This document shows, piece after piece, positions 1-13,585 of a DNA stretch of 64,000 nt. Position 1 is the first letter of the stretch. Each line of letters begins with the position of its first letter. The notes under the pieces were generated by a model. It ran no database searches. It saw nothing but the letters and a program-made list of their open reading frames with translations, and was not told the DNA's origin. The translations under genes and the position numbers were made by a program. Location: assembly GCF_009914755.1 (NCBI RefSeq), contig NC_060929.1. The stretch is one strand, 5' to 3'. This DNA is from the human T2T-CHM13v2.0 reference genome, Homo sapiens.

Positions 1-959
1 GGAAAGGCAACTTTTTCTTCACTATATGCAGCCTTCCTGAGTCACTGGTCACTGCTAGCAGCACAGAAGCCACAGAATGAAAGGAGAGCAAGTGCTGAGT
101 GTAATATGGGAATTATAGAGAAACAGGGAGTGAGTTCTTCTGTTGTACTGTATGACCATGTCACCGGTCCCTCTTAAAAGATAATCTAAAAATAGAGTAC
201 ACGCATGCGCACTTGTGCACACACACTATAAGGTCTGCTCAAGTACTAGGATTATTTGGGCTTGAGGATTTTTGGATTGATTGAATACAACTTTATTTAT
301 GTATCCTTGATTCAGGAATAAAAAAATGGCTAAAATCTTTTGCTACATAGCAATTAGAGATTTAGGGATAACATAATCTGAGGATGTCTTCAAGTCTCAG
401 ATATGTAACTTAGCTGTGCAATCTTAGGAAAATTATGCCTCTTTCATGGGCCACATAAATTCTCAGGACTAATTAAGACACACTATTGGCACAATAACCA
501 GCAAAATGCCTTAGTTTGGTTTTTATAAGTGTGCTGGATTTTTGGAAGAAGTCCAATAACTACATACTAAGGAAAATAGTTCAATCATTTTTTATTGCTT
601 TAGTTCTTATCATTCACTCAGTATTGCTGGTGATTGAGGGAACATAAACCTCTAGAGGAATGAACTGATACCACTGCATGAGACCAAAGGCAACTAATCA
701 TGAAATGAGACAGTCCTGAAGTAACTGGTTCTGATTCTGACCAAGCAACCCAATGAGTAGTTTATGGGCTCATGTCATCCCTTTGAAAAGCACAAATAAA
801 GAGCAAAGAAAGGAGGTCACACAAATGGAGGTTACTCTCCTGAGTTTGTCAAGAAGCTCATTGGGCACTCCATAGTTGGGAACACTGGTATTCTAGAATC
901 TTTATGGCTTATGGGTCAAATCCAATGCTATCTATATTTACATTATGTTTTAGGCATTG

Positions 960-1327
960 CAGCATATATTCACCATCCTTTTCTTCCTCATGCTCTCCTC
1001 CCTCAGTGATATTGGGTTTAGTCATATTATGTGCTGTGGCTAACAGAATGTGGGCACAAATGATACTGCTTTATAAACTGAGGCCTTACAAAGTATTGAA
1101 CATTTCTACTTGCCACATTGGGAGTTGTAAACTGTGCCACAAGGACACGCCCTGGGAGATCACTGGTCCAAGAAGGAGAAACATGAAGAACAAGCATGAA
1201 GGCAACCTGCAGCCTGAAGCAGCACTATTCTGACCCATTAGTAGGACTATGAGCAAGAAGCAAATGTCATTGGTATTTTGTAGTTGATTGTTCGGTAGCA
1301 TTACTGTAGCAATAGCTGACTAATGCA
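960..1327 (+). mobile_element. MLT1 (ERVL-MaLR) solo LTR fragment, MLT1G/H-like
   Basis: Ends in the typical MLT1 terminus gtagcaatagctgactaatgca. Confidence 0.6.
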
Positions 1328-1814
1328 CCTTGCAATAATAGATCAACACAGAAAATGTGAATTTTGTTTTTCTCTTGGAATCTCAACAGTTCTGACTAAT
1401 TCAACTAATCCCTAACCTTTCTATTTTATTTTGCCTATTCAAGCTTGCTAGCAATCTAGACTGTTATCATTCCTTAAATATGCTTCATGTAGTGTACAGT
1501 GCCTCCACCCTCGACAATTCCCATCTGTCTAATCTTTTTATGCAAGATTCAACTAAAATTTTTTTCTTTCATGAAGAACATCAGATTCTCCCACTAATTC
1601 TTTCTGAGAGAGAGGCAATTTCTTCTTTAAGCTCTTTTATCTCTCTCTCTTGCTTTATTGATGACCATCTGTGATAAATTATAGTACCCCTAGTATTGTT
1701 CTATACCACTTATTGGTTAATATATCCCTTGGCATTTGAAAATGCTTTAAGGACTGGAATACTTCTCTTGAATTTCATACAGAATAAGCCCTTCATTAGT
1801 TACAATTTAAATTA

Positions 1815-2611
1815 ATTCACTCCCCTTGCCCCCAGTCTGCTTCTTCTTTGGATATCCTAACTCAGTAAATGTCATTCCCATCCTCCTAGTTGTCCAAGCC
1901 AGAAATGTGAGTGATTATTAATCCCTATTTCTCTTACCTATTAACCAAGTCCTGTTTAGTCAAAACCCCTAAACATCAATCAAACCTATTCACCTCTCTC
2001 CAGCCCCACTGACATTATCTTAAAGCCCTTCACCACTCTTTCCTGGAATATTGTAATTGATTCTCACATGTTCTACCTACTTTTGGTCTTGAAGATTTGC
2101 AATCCAATTTCCCACAGCAGCCAAAGACATTTTTTTTTTGAAGTGCATATTTAATTATGTCATTTGCTGCTTAAAATATTTCACTGGCTCCCCACTGCAG
2201 CAGAATAAAGTAGAAATTTCTATGTGACTTATCAGATCTTTTATGATCTACAGTTTACCTCTATAGCCCTATTTCTGACTGACTCCCCAACTTATGCTCT
2301 ATACCTTAGGCCAACTAATTTTTCTGCATCTCCCCAAACCTACCACATTTTATCTTATTCCCAGTCATTTGCACATGATACTGTGTCTACCTGATACCCT
2401 CTCTCTCCTTCCACCACCCTTTCCTTGGCTATCTCCTCTTGAGCTTTATATCTCAGATCAGATAACATTTTCATTAAAAGCCCACTCTGGCATTCCTCTC
2501 TCCCTCTTGCTCAAGCAAGCATGGCCAGGGGCCCTTCTTGCGTGTTCCTACAGCATCCTGCATTTACATGTTTCCCTGTAGCACTTATGATACTATAGTT
2601 TCTGATTTACT
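1815..2611 (+). mobile_element. L2 LINE 3' fragment (appears to resume at ~3175-3205 after an MLT1 insertion)
   Basis: L2-type phrases ctcagtaaatgtcattcccatcc, cccacagcagccaaag, tcactggctccccactg, tccctgtagcacttatga. Confidence 0.65.
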
Positions 2612-3174
2612 TGTAGTTGACTCTATGGGTAGCCTACCCAAGAGCCATTCCTTCCTACTAGGCCCCCAGTGAAATTCAAATATCCACCTACCCTTGCAGC
2701 CACATACTTACAGGGAGGTGGGCCTCAGCCCCAGCCACCATGAGGGAAACCTGATTGTCTCAGCTAATCATGAAAGTACGATTTCCAAGGCAGTGATTTG
2801 TTAAGACATCGGCATGTGAAACCATTTTGGCCAATAAGACATTGAAGGGAAGTGGGACAAGGGGAGACCATCTGGAAATGATTTTTTTTCTTTCTTAAAA
2901 GAAGACGTAAAAAGAAGATCCTCTTTTCTGACTGGCCATAGTTATCTGCATGTAATAGTTGGACCTGTGACAGACATCTCGAGTTTACAGGAACAAACCA
3001 GAAAACTCACCAACACTTGAGGCTGGCAGAAGAGAAAGATGAAAAAGACTCAGGCCGCCTTTGATAATGTCACTGAGTGACTTGGAGCCTCCCACCTCAG
3101 GATGGCTTTGGTTTAAGCCAGTTAAGTTACAACTTTCTGGCAGTTACAGCTGCAAGCATTCTCACTGACTGACA
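2612..3174 (+). mobile_element. MLT1J/K/L-like solo LTR nested in L2
   Basis: Starts TGTAG; contains ggcatgtgaaaccattttggccaataagac; ends gcaagcattctcactgactgaca. Confidence 0.6.
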
Positions 3175-4222
3175 CATGTCTATCTTCCTCACTGTACTGA
3201 TTATTAATGAGAATTTATGCTTGGAGATGGAACTGCAAAGGAACTAAGAACTAAAGAAAACATCTTAGAAGGCTGCATGGCATCATGGTAATTAATAGGG
3301 AAAACTTTATTAATGTGGCATCATATAGAGAATCAGAATCAGCTTTTGAGGAAAAGGATGTAGAAGTCTTCTGATTTATTTTCTGGGCCAGAGAATAAAA
3401 TGGAACAGTAATAGCCTTTTGAAAAGCTAGGTTTAAGATGATCACAGAAATCCTACTGTACCAAATTCAGAAGCCTCTAGAAAAGTGACCTAATTCAGTT
3501 TCTGCTGTGCTCTGCCCCTTGCTGTTCACTTTCCTATCTCAGCTCTGGTTTTACTTCAAAAGCTCAGGAACTTAAAAGGGGGAAACCTAACAACATATTT
3601 ACCTAAACTCTGATCAAAGATCCAAGAAAAGGTCAAGGTGATAGCTGAACCCACAATTATATTAACCTTTTGTGGAAACATTGAACAATGCAATAGTATC
3701 TTTGCTTCTGCAGAATATCTTGTTAGAAACAGGAATTTCAAGAATAGCCAGAAAGATAAATCTTCTTGCTACCTACGTTTTTACGCTTTAAATAGTAAAT
3801 GCATAGCAAAAGGACCTACACAGTAGTGTATTAAACAGTGACACCTTTGTATTTATCAATAACAGAACTCTCAATATTCATAAGGAAATGTAAGATAATA
3901 TGGATAACCAAGATTATTGCTTGAGCATATTCTTTAAAAATTGGCAGACAGTTCAAGCTCCTATAGTGCTGCAAATGGAACTTATTGTATACTTATAGTT
4001 ACTTGTAAAATGAGATAATTCGTATAAGGTAGAAGTTACCCCTCCCTTGAAAGTTTGGTAGAACTTGTATGTAGAATTATTTGAGCCAGTACTATTGACA
4101 GTCTGCTTATTCACTAATTTCTATGTGTGGAGGGGTAGGGGTGTCTAAAATTGTAACTATTGATGCAATCTGTCAAATTGTATAGGTCTACTCTAGATTT
4201 TTTTTTTAAATGTGTTGAGTCA

Positions 4223-4629
4223 CAATGATAAACTAGATTAAGAAAATGTGGCACATATACACCATGGAATGCTATGCAGCCATAAAAAATGATGAGTTCA
4301 TGTCCTTTGTAGGGACATGGATGAAGCTGGAAACTATCATTCTCAGCAAACTATCGCAAGGACAGAAAACCAAACACCGCATGTTCTCACTCATAGGTGG
4401 GAATTGAACAATGAGAACACATGGACACAGGAAGGGGAACATCACACACCGGGGACTGTTGTGGGGTGGGAGGAGGGGGAAGGGATAGCATTAGGAGATA
4501 TACCTAATGCTAGATGACGAGTTAATGGGTGCAGCACACCAATATGGCACATGTATACATATGTAACAAACCTGCACGTTGTGCACATGTACCCTAAAAC
4601 TTAAAGTATAATAATAAAAAAAAGAAAAA
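4223..4629 (+). mobile_element. 5'-truncated young primate L1 (L1PA3/4-like), 3' UTR plus polyA
   Basis: Near-consensus L1 3' end with GAG at the ACA/ACG/GAG diagnostic position (not L1HS-Ta). Perfect 15-bp TSD aaatgtgttgagtca at 4208-4222 and 4630-4644, following a T-run. Confidence 0.95.
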
Positions 4630-4754
4630 AAATGTGTTGAGTCAGTTTGTTTCATTTTTGTACTTTTGTGTTACAATCAAACTTAAAAATATAACCCATG
4701 GTAAAAATACTGCAGCTTTAAAAATACATTATTATTTTTCCCTCTCTGTGATTC

Positions 4755-4989
4755 TGGAGCCATATAGTCTATAGAGTAGCCCCCCCCAAGACACATATAA
4801 CTATTAAATACTTAAAATATGGCTAGTCCAAATTGAGATGTGTCAAAAATATAATACACACTCTGGATTTTGAAGACTTAGTATGAAAAAAATAATTTCA
4901 CTGACTTTTAAACTTTTAAAAATCTGGCTATTAATAAAAATCTAAAATTGTATATGGGGTGTGCATTATATTTCCACTGGGTAGCACTG
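4755..4989 (-). mobile_element. MER33 (hAT-Charlie) relic
   Basis: tatggctagtccaaattgagatgtg...ctggattttgaagacttagtatg...attatatttccactgggtagcactg resembles reverse MER33. Confidence 0.75.
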
Positions 4990-5099
4990 TTCTAAAGCAT
5001 TCAACAGCTCTCCTCACATTATGCCCTGCACTACAGACATTGACATATGTGTAATCTCTAAAACACATGTTACAATGAAAAAAAGCATATTATTTCGAA

Positions 5100-5212
5100 A
5101 TAGATGTGTGATCTTGCTTGGAAAAGACACATAACTTTCTTGCATTTCCATTGCTTCATCTTTAAAGTAAAAGGGCTGCATAAGATGATTCCTAAATTCC
5201 TTTCCAATTCGC
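5100..5212 (+). mobile_element. MIR3-like SINE fragment
   Basis: cttcatctttaaagtaaaagggctgcataagatgattcctaaattcctttcc. Confidence 0.5.
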
Positions 5213-5475
5213 ATATATTTAATGACTTCATCATTTCCCCAATAGATTCCAAAGCCAGAGAATACAATTCATGTAATAGCTCATTTCAGTTTGATAAATA
5301 TTTCTGAAGCATTTGTCATGTGCCAGGTCCTGTGAGAGGAGGTAATTTTACACCTAACCATCTTCCACCTTTTTTTAGCACTATTCTTTATTCTTGGCAA
5401 CTCTTTGAGAAATATCTATGGAATGAATGGACACATTATTATTCTGCTGTCTCATATGTTAATACAGAAACAGAA

Positions 5476-5477
<2 letters not shown>

Positions 5478-5507
<30 letters not shown>
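5478..5507. repeat. (AC)15 microsatellite
   Basis: Read directly; an A15 run follows at 5534-5548. Confidence 0.95.
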
Positions 5508-5509
<2 letters not shown>

Positions 5510-6094
5510 CAGACTGGCTGTGAATGAAATACCAAAAAAAAAAAAAAATTAAATTGAGTTGTGATTCTTTAGCAGAAACTCAAGTGCCCATATAACTGAA
5601 TGGTCTCTGGATCTGGTAGCTAAAAGTGCTTTACTCTTTCTGAAAAATGGAAAATGCATTATAAGTCTAAGTAAAGAGCACTCCAATTTTAGCTGCCTTG
5701 GCCCCTTCTGAGGCTTTCCTGGGTCAATAATTAGCAACAGAGCCCAGGAGACTGGGGGAAGGAACAGGATGATGAACAAGTGCAAATGAGCTACCTTAAG
5801 AAAGCGATAGCACAAAGCATGAGAGCACTCAGAATTGTACTGCAAAGTGTTCAGATTAGGCAGGCCCAAAAATGAAAAAATTGAAAATTAATAAACCAGA
5901 ACCTAGCTGTATGCACTGACTTAATGAGATCCGTTGTTAATGTAACACATTTTTGCCTACTACTTTTGTGAAGACTTCTTAAATTATTTTAAATATTTCT
6001 CAAGAAATGCCTCTCCAATTTTACTGGGGTTCTTAACGTTCTTCTCAATTTTCTTTCCAAAAGCATAAGGGAGAGAAATGAAAAGATGATTTGA

Positions 6095-6320
6095 AATACT
6101 AGAAAGAATGTAGGACTAAGAGCCAGGAAATTTGGTTTCTAGTCACAGAACTGCTACAAACTGGTGATATGGAGTTGAACAAATTGTTTAGTCTTCTTTG
6201 GTCCATTTCTTCGTCTGAAAAATGAGGATAAAGCTCTGTATATTCTAGAGGTGGATAAGGGGGATCAAATGAGATAATGGTAAGAAAAATTACATTTACA
6301 AGATACAAATGTTCTATAAG
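6095..6320 (+). mobile_element. MIR SINE
   Basis: Core catttcttcgtctgaaaaatgaggataa...atcaaatgagataat. Confidence 0.6.
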
Positions 6321-6489
6321 TGTATTTTATACAAAATTATCAGAGAAGTCTCTTATGAGCTAAAATATGATAATAGCACATGTGGTCCAAGATCCAAAAG
6401 TGAAGACTAAGAAGAAAAATATATAACAAAAATTATATCCTTTTATTAGAAATAGCACAATATCCATTAAACTAACCTTTAAAAGCACA

Positions 6490-6730
6490 GGGAGCAGTGG
6501 TTAATTATATAGACTCTGAAGACAGACTAGTGGAATTTGAGGTCTGACACTGCCATTTACTAGCTGTGTGATTTGGGGCCTCTCACTTCACCTTGTGTAC
6601 TGCAGTTTTCACATCTGTAAAAAGGGGGTAATAATACTACATCCCTCCTATGTTTGTTGTGAGGATTAAAGCACTTCACATATATGAAACACTGGCACAA
6701 TGTAGGTATTATATAAGTATAGCTGTTATA
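6490..6730 (+). mobile_element. MIR SINE, near full length
   Basis: ctgccatttactagctgtgtgatttggg...cagttttcacatctgtaaaa...ttgtgaggattaaa. Confidence 0.8.
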
Positions 6731-8039
6731 TGGGAGTACATTCTAGAATGCTTTAAACTCTAGGCACACTTCCTAGCTAGCATTTGATTTATCTTGTTTG
6801 AAAAACAGCCTGTATTTAACATATACATATCAGAGGTTGGAAGTGTCACAAGTGTATGTTGGGAGAACAAAGAAAAGCAACTTCAGTACACAATCCACAA
6901 AATAATAGCCTCGATGGACTCTACACTTCAGAGGGCTAAATTAGATGGTGAAACCAAGTACACTCATGTAGTGCCTTGGTACATGTGTGGCTTTGTGTTT
7001 TTACATTTTCCTCAGGTACTGAAATAATGACCAAAAACACCCTGTATTTGCATTGCATTTAAAAAAATCACTTTCACATATATTACCTCATTAGAAGTTG
7101 AGGGTCATTAAAAGTGGACAATGAACTTGCTTTCACCCTCACAAATCTCTCTGAGGAATCAAGTCAATTGAATACGTGTACTTGAGAAAAAAGGTGGGCT
7201 TTTTGCCAAATACTTTCTGGCAGCTCATAAGCCTGAGCTTTTCATCTGAGCCAACTGCAAGCCTGGAAGGGTCCAGAAAAGCGACTCATCTGCTCAGCAG
7301 ACCTCACTGCCCCTTTGTTGTGGTGGGCACGGTGCCTTTCACACACAGCTGTTGGTCAGTATGTGGATCACCGACTGCATCCTCCTTGCAAGAAGGCCAT
7401 TTTGGATGTTTCGCTAAGGAATCCAAGAGTGCAAGGCAGAGAGGGGAGGCTGACTAGTTGGGGACTTCCTCCAGGATTTTCCCATAGGCTCCACCCAGTT
7501 GCTTCATTCCATTGATGGATTCAAGGGTGATTTTCCATGAGACTACACCTAATGGAAAAGGAAGTCTCGGGCTGTTCTTATCTAATTTGCCAACTGTTAC
7601 ATCAGCATTATTGATTCAGAGCCCCCAAATCAGGGAAATATAGAACAGATGGGAATTCCCTGCAAATGTTTTCATGGAATCATTTGCTAGGAAACCCCCA
7701 ACTAGCAAAAAGCATAAACATATACCTTTTTATTGAAGCCCTGTAAAATCTAACCAGAATGCTTGCTCCAGGAAGAGTCTGTTCTCAGAAATCATGTTGT
7801 CTGATCAAGTTTACTTCTTTTGTCTACTCACTGAAGTCCTTAAATACATTATAAGAGAATATGCTAAACATATGTCAACCTTCAATCAATAAGCATAGTG
7901 TAATGTCTAAAGGTCATGATTTGGATTATCACAATACTTTAGGTATCAAAATTTATAAAACTGAGCATATCTATATTATCTGCCAAATGGAACCAGATTA
8001 TTTTAAAAATTTCTTCATCATCTTGTGTTATTTGAATGT

Positions 8040-8140
8040 AAAAAACCTGAAGGCAGGCTGTCCTTGTCTACTTATTCAACACTTAGATCAGTGCCTGAAA
8101 CATAGTAGGTATTCAAAAATATTTATAGAATAAATGAATA
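8040..8140 (+). mobile_element. L2 3' tail
   Basis: cagtgcctgaaacatagtaggtattcaaaaatatttatagaataaatgaat. Confidence 0.7.
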
Positions 8141-9524
8141 TCTGAGAAGCTGAGTCATTCTCACCACATTGACATTTTACATTTATCTATAGTCAAAACA
8201 GTCTCAAATTTATGAAGGGAAATTAATATTAGCAACATAAAAGTGTTTTCTTTTGCAGATATATGACATTAAATTATAATTGTGCAAAGTCAAAAAGTAA
8301 TTTACAAATTAATTATGGAGCATTATTAAGTGAGTCAAAGCCATTCTATAAATAAACAATGCAGTACTTTTCTAAAGGTTGTTACTATTATATGTAAGCC
8401 CTTGGGATGAAAACTGGGAGTCCTATCTTTAATATGTTCATCACGTTAATTAATGAATGATATAAACAATTCATGCAAACACCTCAGTCAAGCATTACTC
8501 TTGGGGATCAGGGGGCTATTTCAGTAACAAGAGTTAAAAGCAGGGAACACAATCTTGGATTTGGTAAACTCATCTAAATTTCTTGATATTCTCCAAAGAG
8601 TAGCATTTAAGCAAAACCTGGTACAGAAGTGAAATATATAGTTGAAGCCAACTTTCCCTTGGTAAGGTAACTATGATCCTTTCACATTAGTGAGATCGTT
8701 TGGACCCCATCGCTAAACTAGCCCCAGGCAACCTGTTCTTGGTGGCATTCTCCCCACCTCCTCCTGCACAATTCTCTCCTGCAGAGAGAAGGGTAAAAGT
8801 CTTCATGCTCTCCCACTCTCCAATGATGCTCATGAAAATTTGTTCTCAGGTAAGATTCTAATCTCACGTATTCACACTCACATACATTCAAATCACCAAG
8901 CTACCTTCCCCTGAAGTATCTGACTTACTGGTTTGCCTCTATGTTAAAAGAGAAAACCATTTTTTTTATTTCTCAAAAGAAATTTTAAGACTTAGCTGTC
9001 AGGAAAATAATGTCTTTTAGTTTATTTCGTTTTGAGATTAAAGGCCTTTCTCTGACATTGAAATTTCATATGTAGACTAAATTGAACAATTTGGTTATGT
9101 TGTTTCAGCTACTTACAAGAAACTACACAACTCATTGGCTGGTTGTCTCGCTGTGGCACTTCTCTGTTTATGTTGCCATGGCTTCCTCGACAGCCTCATT
9201 CCTGCCTTCGTGTCTGACACACATTTCTGACATCGTGATGGATGCCTCTACCCTGAGCACCAGCACCTCCTCAAGGGAAACGCAGCCTCAACCACACTCA
9301 TCATTTTCTTTCATCAACCGCCTGTCCTTCTGGATCGCCCAGTTTCCAGTCTTGAGAGCTCCGTTATCACTGACCCTCTGTCTCCTGATCCCATTGTAGT
9401 AGTTGATAGTGTCAACTATGTTACACCTATACAATGTTTTCAGAAATGACCTCTTTTTCTATTTTCCCCTCCATGAATTTAGTTTATAATATTATTTCTT
9501 AAAATACAAATAATACTTGCTCAT

Positions 9525-9914
9525 TGTAGTTTTTCCCTAGGGCTGCCATTACAAAATACCACAGACTTAGGTGGCTTTAACAATAGAAACTTATGTTTTA
9601 AAACAGTTCCGGAGGCCAGAGGACTGAGGTCAAGATGTCAGTGGGGTTGGTTTCTTCGGGAGACCTCTCCTCTTGGCTTGTAGATGGCCATCTTCTCCTC
9701 ATCTCCACGTAGTCTTCTCTGCGTGTGCGCGTGCATCTTAATCTCCTTTTCTTATAAAGACACCAGCCTTGTTGGATTCGGGTCTACCCTAATGATCTCA
9801 TTTTATCAAAATCACCTATTTACAGGCTCAATCTTCAAATAAAGCCACATTCTGAGGTCCTAGGTTAGGACTTCAGCATATGACTTTGGGTGTGACACAA
9901 TTCAGCCCATAAGC
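9525..9914 (-). mobile_element. MLT1B solo LTR
   Basis: Full-length resemblance to reverse MLT1B (ctagggctgccattacaaaataccacagac...gacacaattcagcccataa); 5-bp TSD CTCAT at 9520-9524 and 9915-9919. Confidence 0.88.
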
Positions 9915-10944
9915 CTCATGTTTTCCCTATGGTATGTGCTCTCAGTCCAGAATGACATTTCTTTTCCAGAATCATTTTGATAATCTATAGAAAAACTGTT
10001 CCACAGCCACAGAGCCATCCTTAAACAAAGTCCCTCTGTTCAGAATCCAAGGCCTGTTGCCCCATGTTAAATTTATGTTTTCAAGTTCCCTTTCTTGCAA
10101 TTCTAATAAAACACAGTCACTCTGAATCTCTCAAACACAGGCTTCTATTTCCTACTTCTTTTGCTTCTACTTAGGTTTTCTGTCTCCAAGAATGAAATTA
10201 TCCTTCAACATTCTAATCAAATGCTAGCTTACTTTAGCGCCAGCTTTTCTCAGTCTGAGATATGTTCTTCCAAACAATCATGATTCCTGGTTCTTAGATC
10301 CATGGCCCATTTACCTGGCTCTCCTATTTCATTTACCTTTCTCTGTGGGTTTCCCAGTTCACCAAATCATAAGTATCTATGAATAGAGAGCTCCTTAGAG
10401 CATGGCTACTGATAAATCATTCACTGAGTTGACTAAATCCAGGCAGTATGACATCAATCATTTCAGAGGCAATATGATGAAAATATTTCAAACAATTATT
10501 ATTTATTCTTGTTTTTATCTTGTAAACATGGCATAAATCAGATTTTGATGACCAATGGTCAGTGATGGTTTTTTTTGGTTATTTTTCTTCCCAAAACAGC
10601 ATAAAATTTTTACTTTAAACAATTACAATATGTATGTATATACTTTATTGAATTTTTGGTGACATTTTTAAAAACTGAGAGAAACACTGTTATTTTTATC
10701 CACATTATGAGATGGAAAGCCCTGGGGTCCATTATGAGTGACATGCTTGCCTAATGTTTTGCAAGATCTGGCTTCAAGGCACTCTTAGATAATGTCTAGT
10801 TTATTTTCCACTCTAATTCACCCTTTCCAAGATTTACTCTGTATTTGATATAAAAAATCTTAGTTCTTCTCCATTTTCCTGTCCTTAAGACACCTTAACA
10901 AATTGACATTAGGCTTTAAAAACTATACATTAATACAGGCCAAA

Positions 10945-11414
10945 TGTGGTCGACAATTTGATTGGCTAGCCCACAGTCTTTTCCAAACTTCTTCATCCTT
11001 GCTATCTTTATTAAAAAGACCAGAAAACCAAATGTTAACTTCCATCTTTCTGCACTCAAGATGACCATGTGTCATAGTTCTGGCTAAAGGGCTGTAAGCT
11101 CTGGGGAAGGGCTTTGTGTTTCTTATAAGTGGGGTAGATACAACTTTAGCTGGCCATCCTCTCTCATCCTTCCTCCTTCCCTCTCACTATCTGTGACACA
11201 GACATGATCATCTGGACGTGCAGTAGCCATTTGCCATCAAGAGGAACAGGCCAAGAAAATTGTGGAGATGCTGCCTCTTTGCAAATGGTGATAACATCAT
11301 GCAACAGCTGAAACACCTCCGGTGCCACCTACTTAAAAGTAATTCCTATTTGTTCAAGCTATTGTGAGTCCAGGTTTCTGTTATTTACAATTGAAAGCAT
11401 TGAAAACTGATATA
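10945..11414 (+). mobile_element. MLT1J/K/L-like solo LTR
   Basis: gatgaccatgtgtcatagttctggct...tgcagtagccatttgccatc...ttgaaagcattgaaaactgatata. Confidence 0.6.
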
Positions 11415-12454
11415 CCAAGCATATCTGTTGGCAGTTTGAGTTTTCCTCAAAGGAAAACTCTTTTGTAGCCATAGAACATACTCTATAATCAAAATCCAGT
11501 TACAAATCCGCGAATCCAGTTCTCTAGGTCAAAAGGAGGCAAAAGAGAATGAGTTGGCTGTTTTCACTATAAATCACTCACCACTAAGGGGATCTCTGTT
11601 ATCTTCTTTTTTTTAATATGAAGGGCAGCATTTTTCTTTTCCCTCAGGGATTGTTATTAACTATTTTCTGGATATATCGAGAAGGGGGAAGTTACATTAA
11701 AAATTAGACAGAAAGGGGAGACTTTTCACTTAAAGTTGTGACAACCTTCACTTAAAGTTATTGTAACATGCTTCTTGGGAAGGAAGAAGGCATAGGATGG
11801 CATAGCATGTCAAGGTCCATCTGCTTTCTTTTGATTTTCCCTGTGCAGAATACCTCATAACTGTGATCCATAGTTGGCAAGAATCCCATTCATTTCCAAC
11901 AGAAATCCAGGAAGCTTAGTGTGTCTCTCTCCAGTTCATTATCAGAGCAATTAAAATCAGCAGTTTTAATGCTGCTTAAAGGGCTTCAGATTTTGTAATT
12001 TATGTAGCCTAAGGCAAGATTCATTTTTTATGGAGAGATTTTGATTCCATCCTAAAGAGTTCTAATTAAAGACTCCTTGGGGAGTTTTTCTTGATCTGCT
12101 GGATTTAAGATTCTTTAGTAAATAACCTGCTAAGATTATTTCTGGTGGGGATAATTTATCTTTAATTTTCATATCCTAATTATATTTCATACATATCTTG
12201 AAACCCAGGTCAGTAATCTCATTAAGTAAATATAAAATAGTATATAATATACTATAATAAAAATGATGCATTGTTAAAAGATGTATGCAAATCTTTAAAC
12301 CTGCAGGTCTTGTTTATGAGGATCCAAAGCTGAAAAGTCTTTACTGCTACTTATTTGAATAATAGCTACCTTCATATGCTTAATGTTAAGTTATAGGGTT
12401 TTCTTTTAGGTACTAAGTTTCCTCATAAAAGGCATACAATCATTATATCTCTGA

Positions 12455-12900
<446 letters not shown>

Positions 12901-13269
12901 TAGTGAATTTTATTTGAAGTTGTGTTTGTAGTGTAAGCATGTTGATTATACGTATTTAGCTTTTATGTTAGTTGTGAGTATGTACACTGGGAAAACTAGT
13001 GCCTCCCAACCAACCCTTGGTACCACCATTGTTTTACTTAGGTTTGTAGAGAAAGCAAAACCATATTAATATTGGAACAGAACTTGAAGCGGGTCTTCTC
13101 CTCACCTCCCCATTCCTAAAAAAAAAAATCATTTTTATATTCTATAAATTAATTACATTCTGTGTGTCTCTTCCATGGAAGAGATCAACCTAATAAGAAT
13201 AACAGAAATCATCTAATCCTTCCCATTTCTTCTTGAAATGTTACTGGTACATATGTTTTTCCTTTTCCT

Positions 13270-13585
13270 GAAACCCATTTGCCTCTGCTTTTCACTTGGC
13301 TAATTCCTATTCACTCCTCATTTTTCAGCTTATACACTACTTCCTTCCAGCAGCCTTGATTTCCCATCCATCATATTAATTGGTTCTCTCCTTTCCTGGG
13401 ATCTTTACTTCTTCAATGCATTTTATCTAATTATGCATTTAATCATGGGCTGATATGTTTAATGTTTTTCTTCGCTATTCCTTTGGAAGGCTCATGACAG
13501 CAGGAACCATGTCGGTATGTTTACCACTGTGACCTCAGAGCACAGTCCAGTCCTGGCATAGTATAGGTGCTCAATAAATACTAGT
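13270..13585 (+). mobile_element. L2 3' end
   Basis: ccagtcctggcatagtataggtgctcaataaata terminus. Confidence 0.7.

Noticed and set aside
9082-9399. 105-aa ORF in a GC-richer patch
   Set aside because: Non-ATG start, no recognisable homology, and the sequence looks like decayed L2.
11724-11760. Short direct repeats (ttcacttaaagtt x2; similar cases near 24265 and 40853)
   Set aside because: Ordinary micro-duplications with no further structure.
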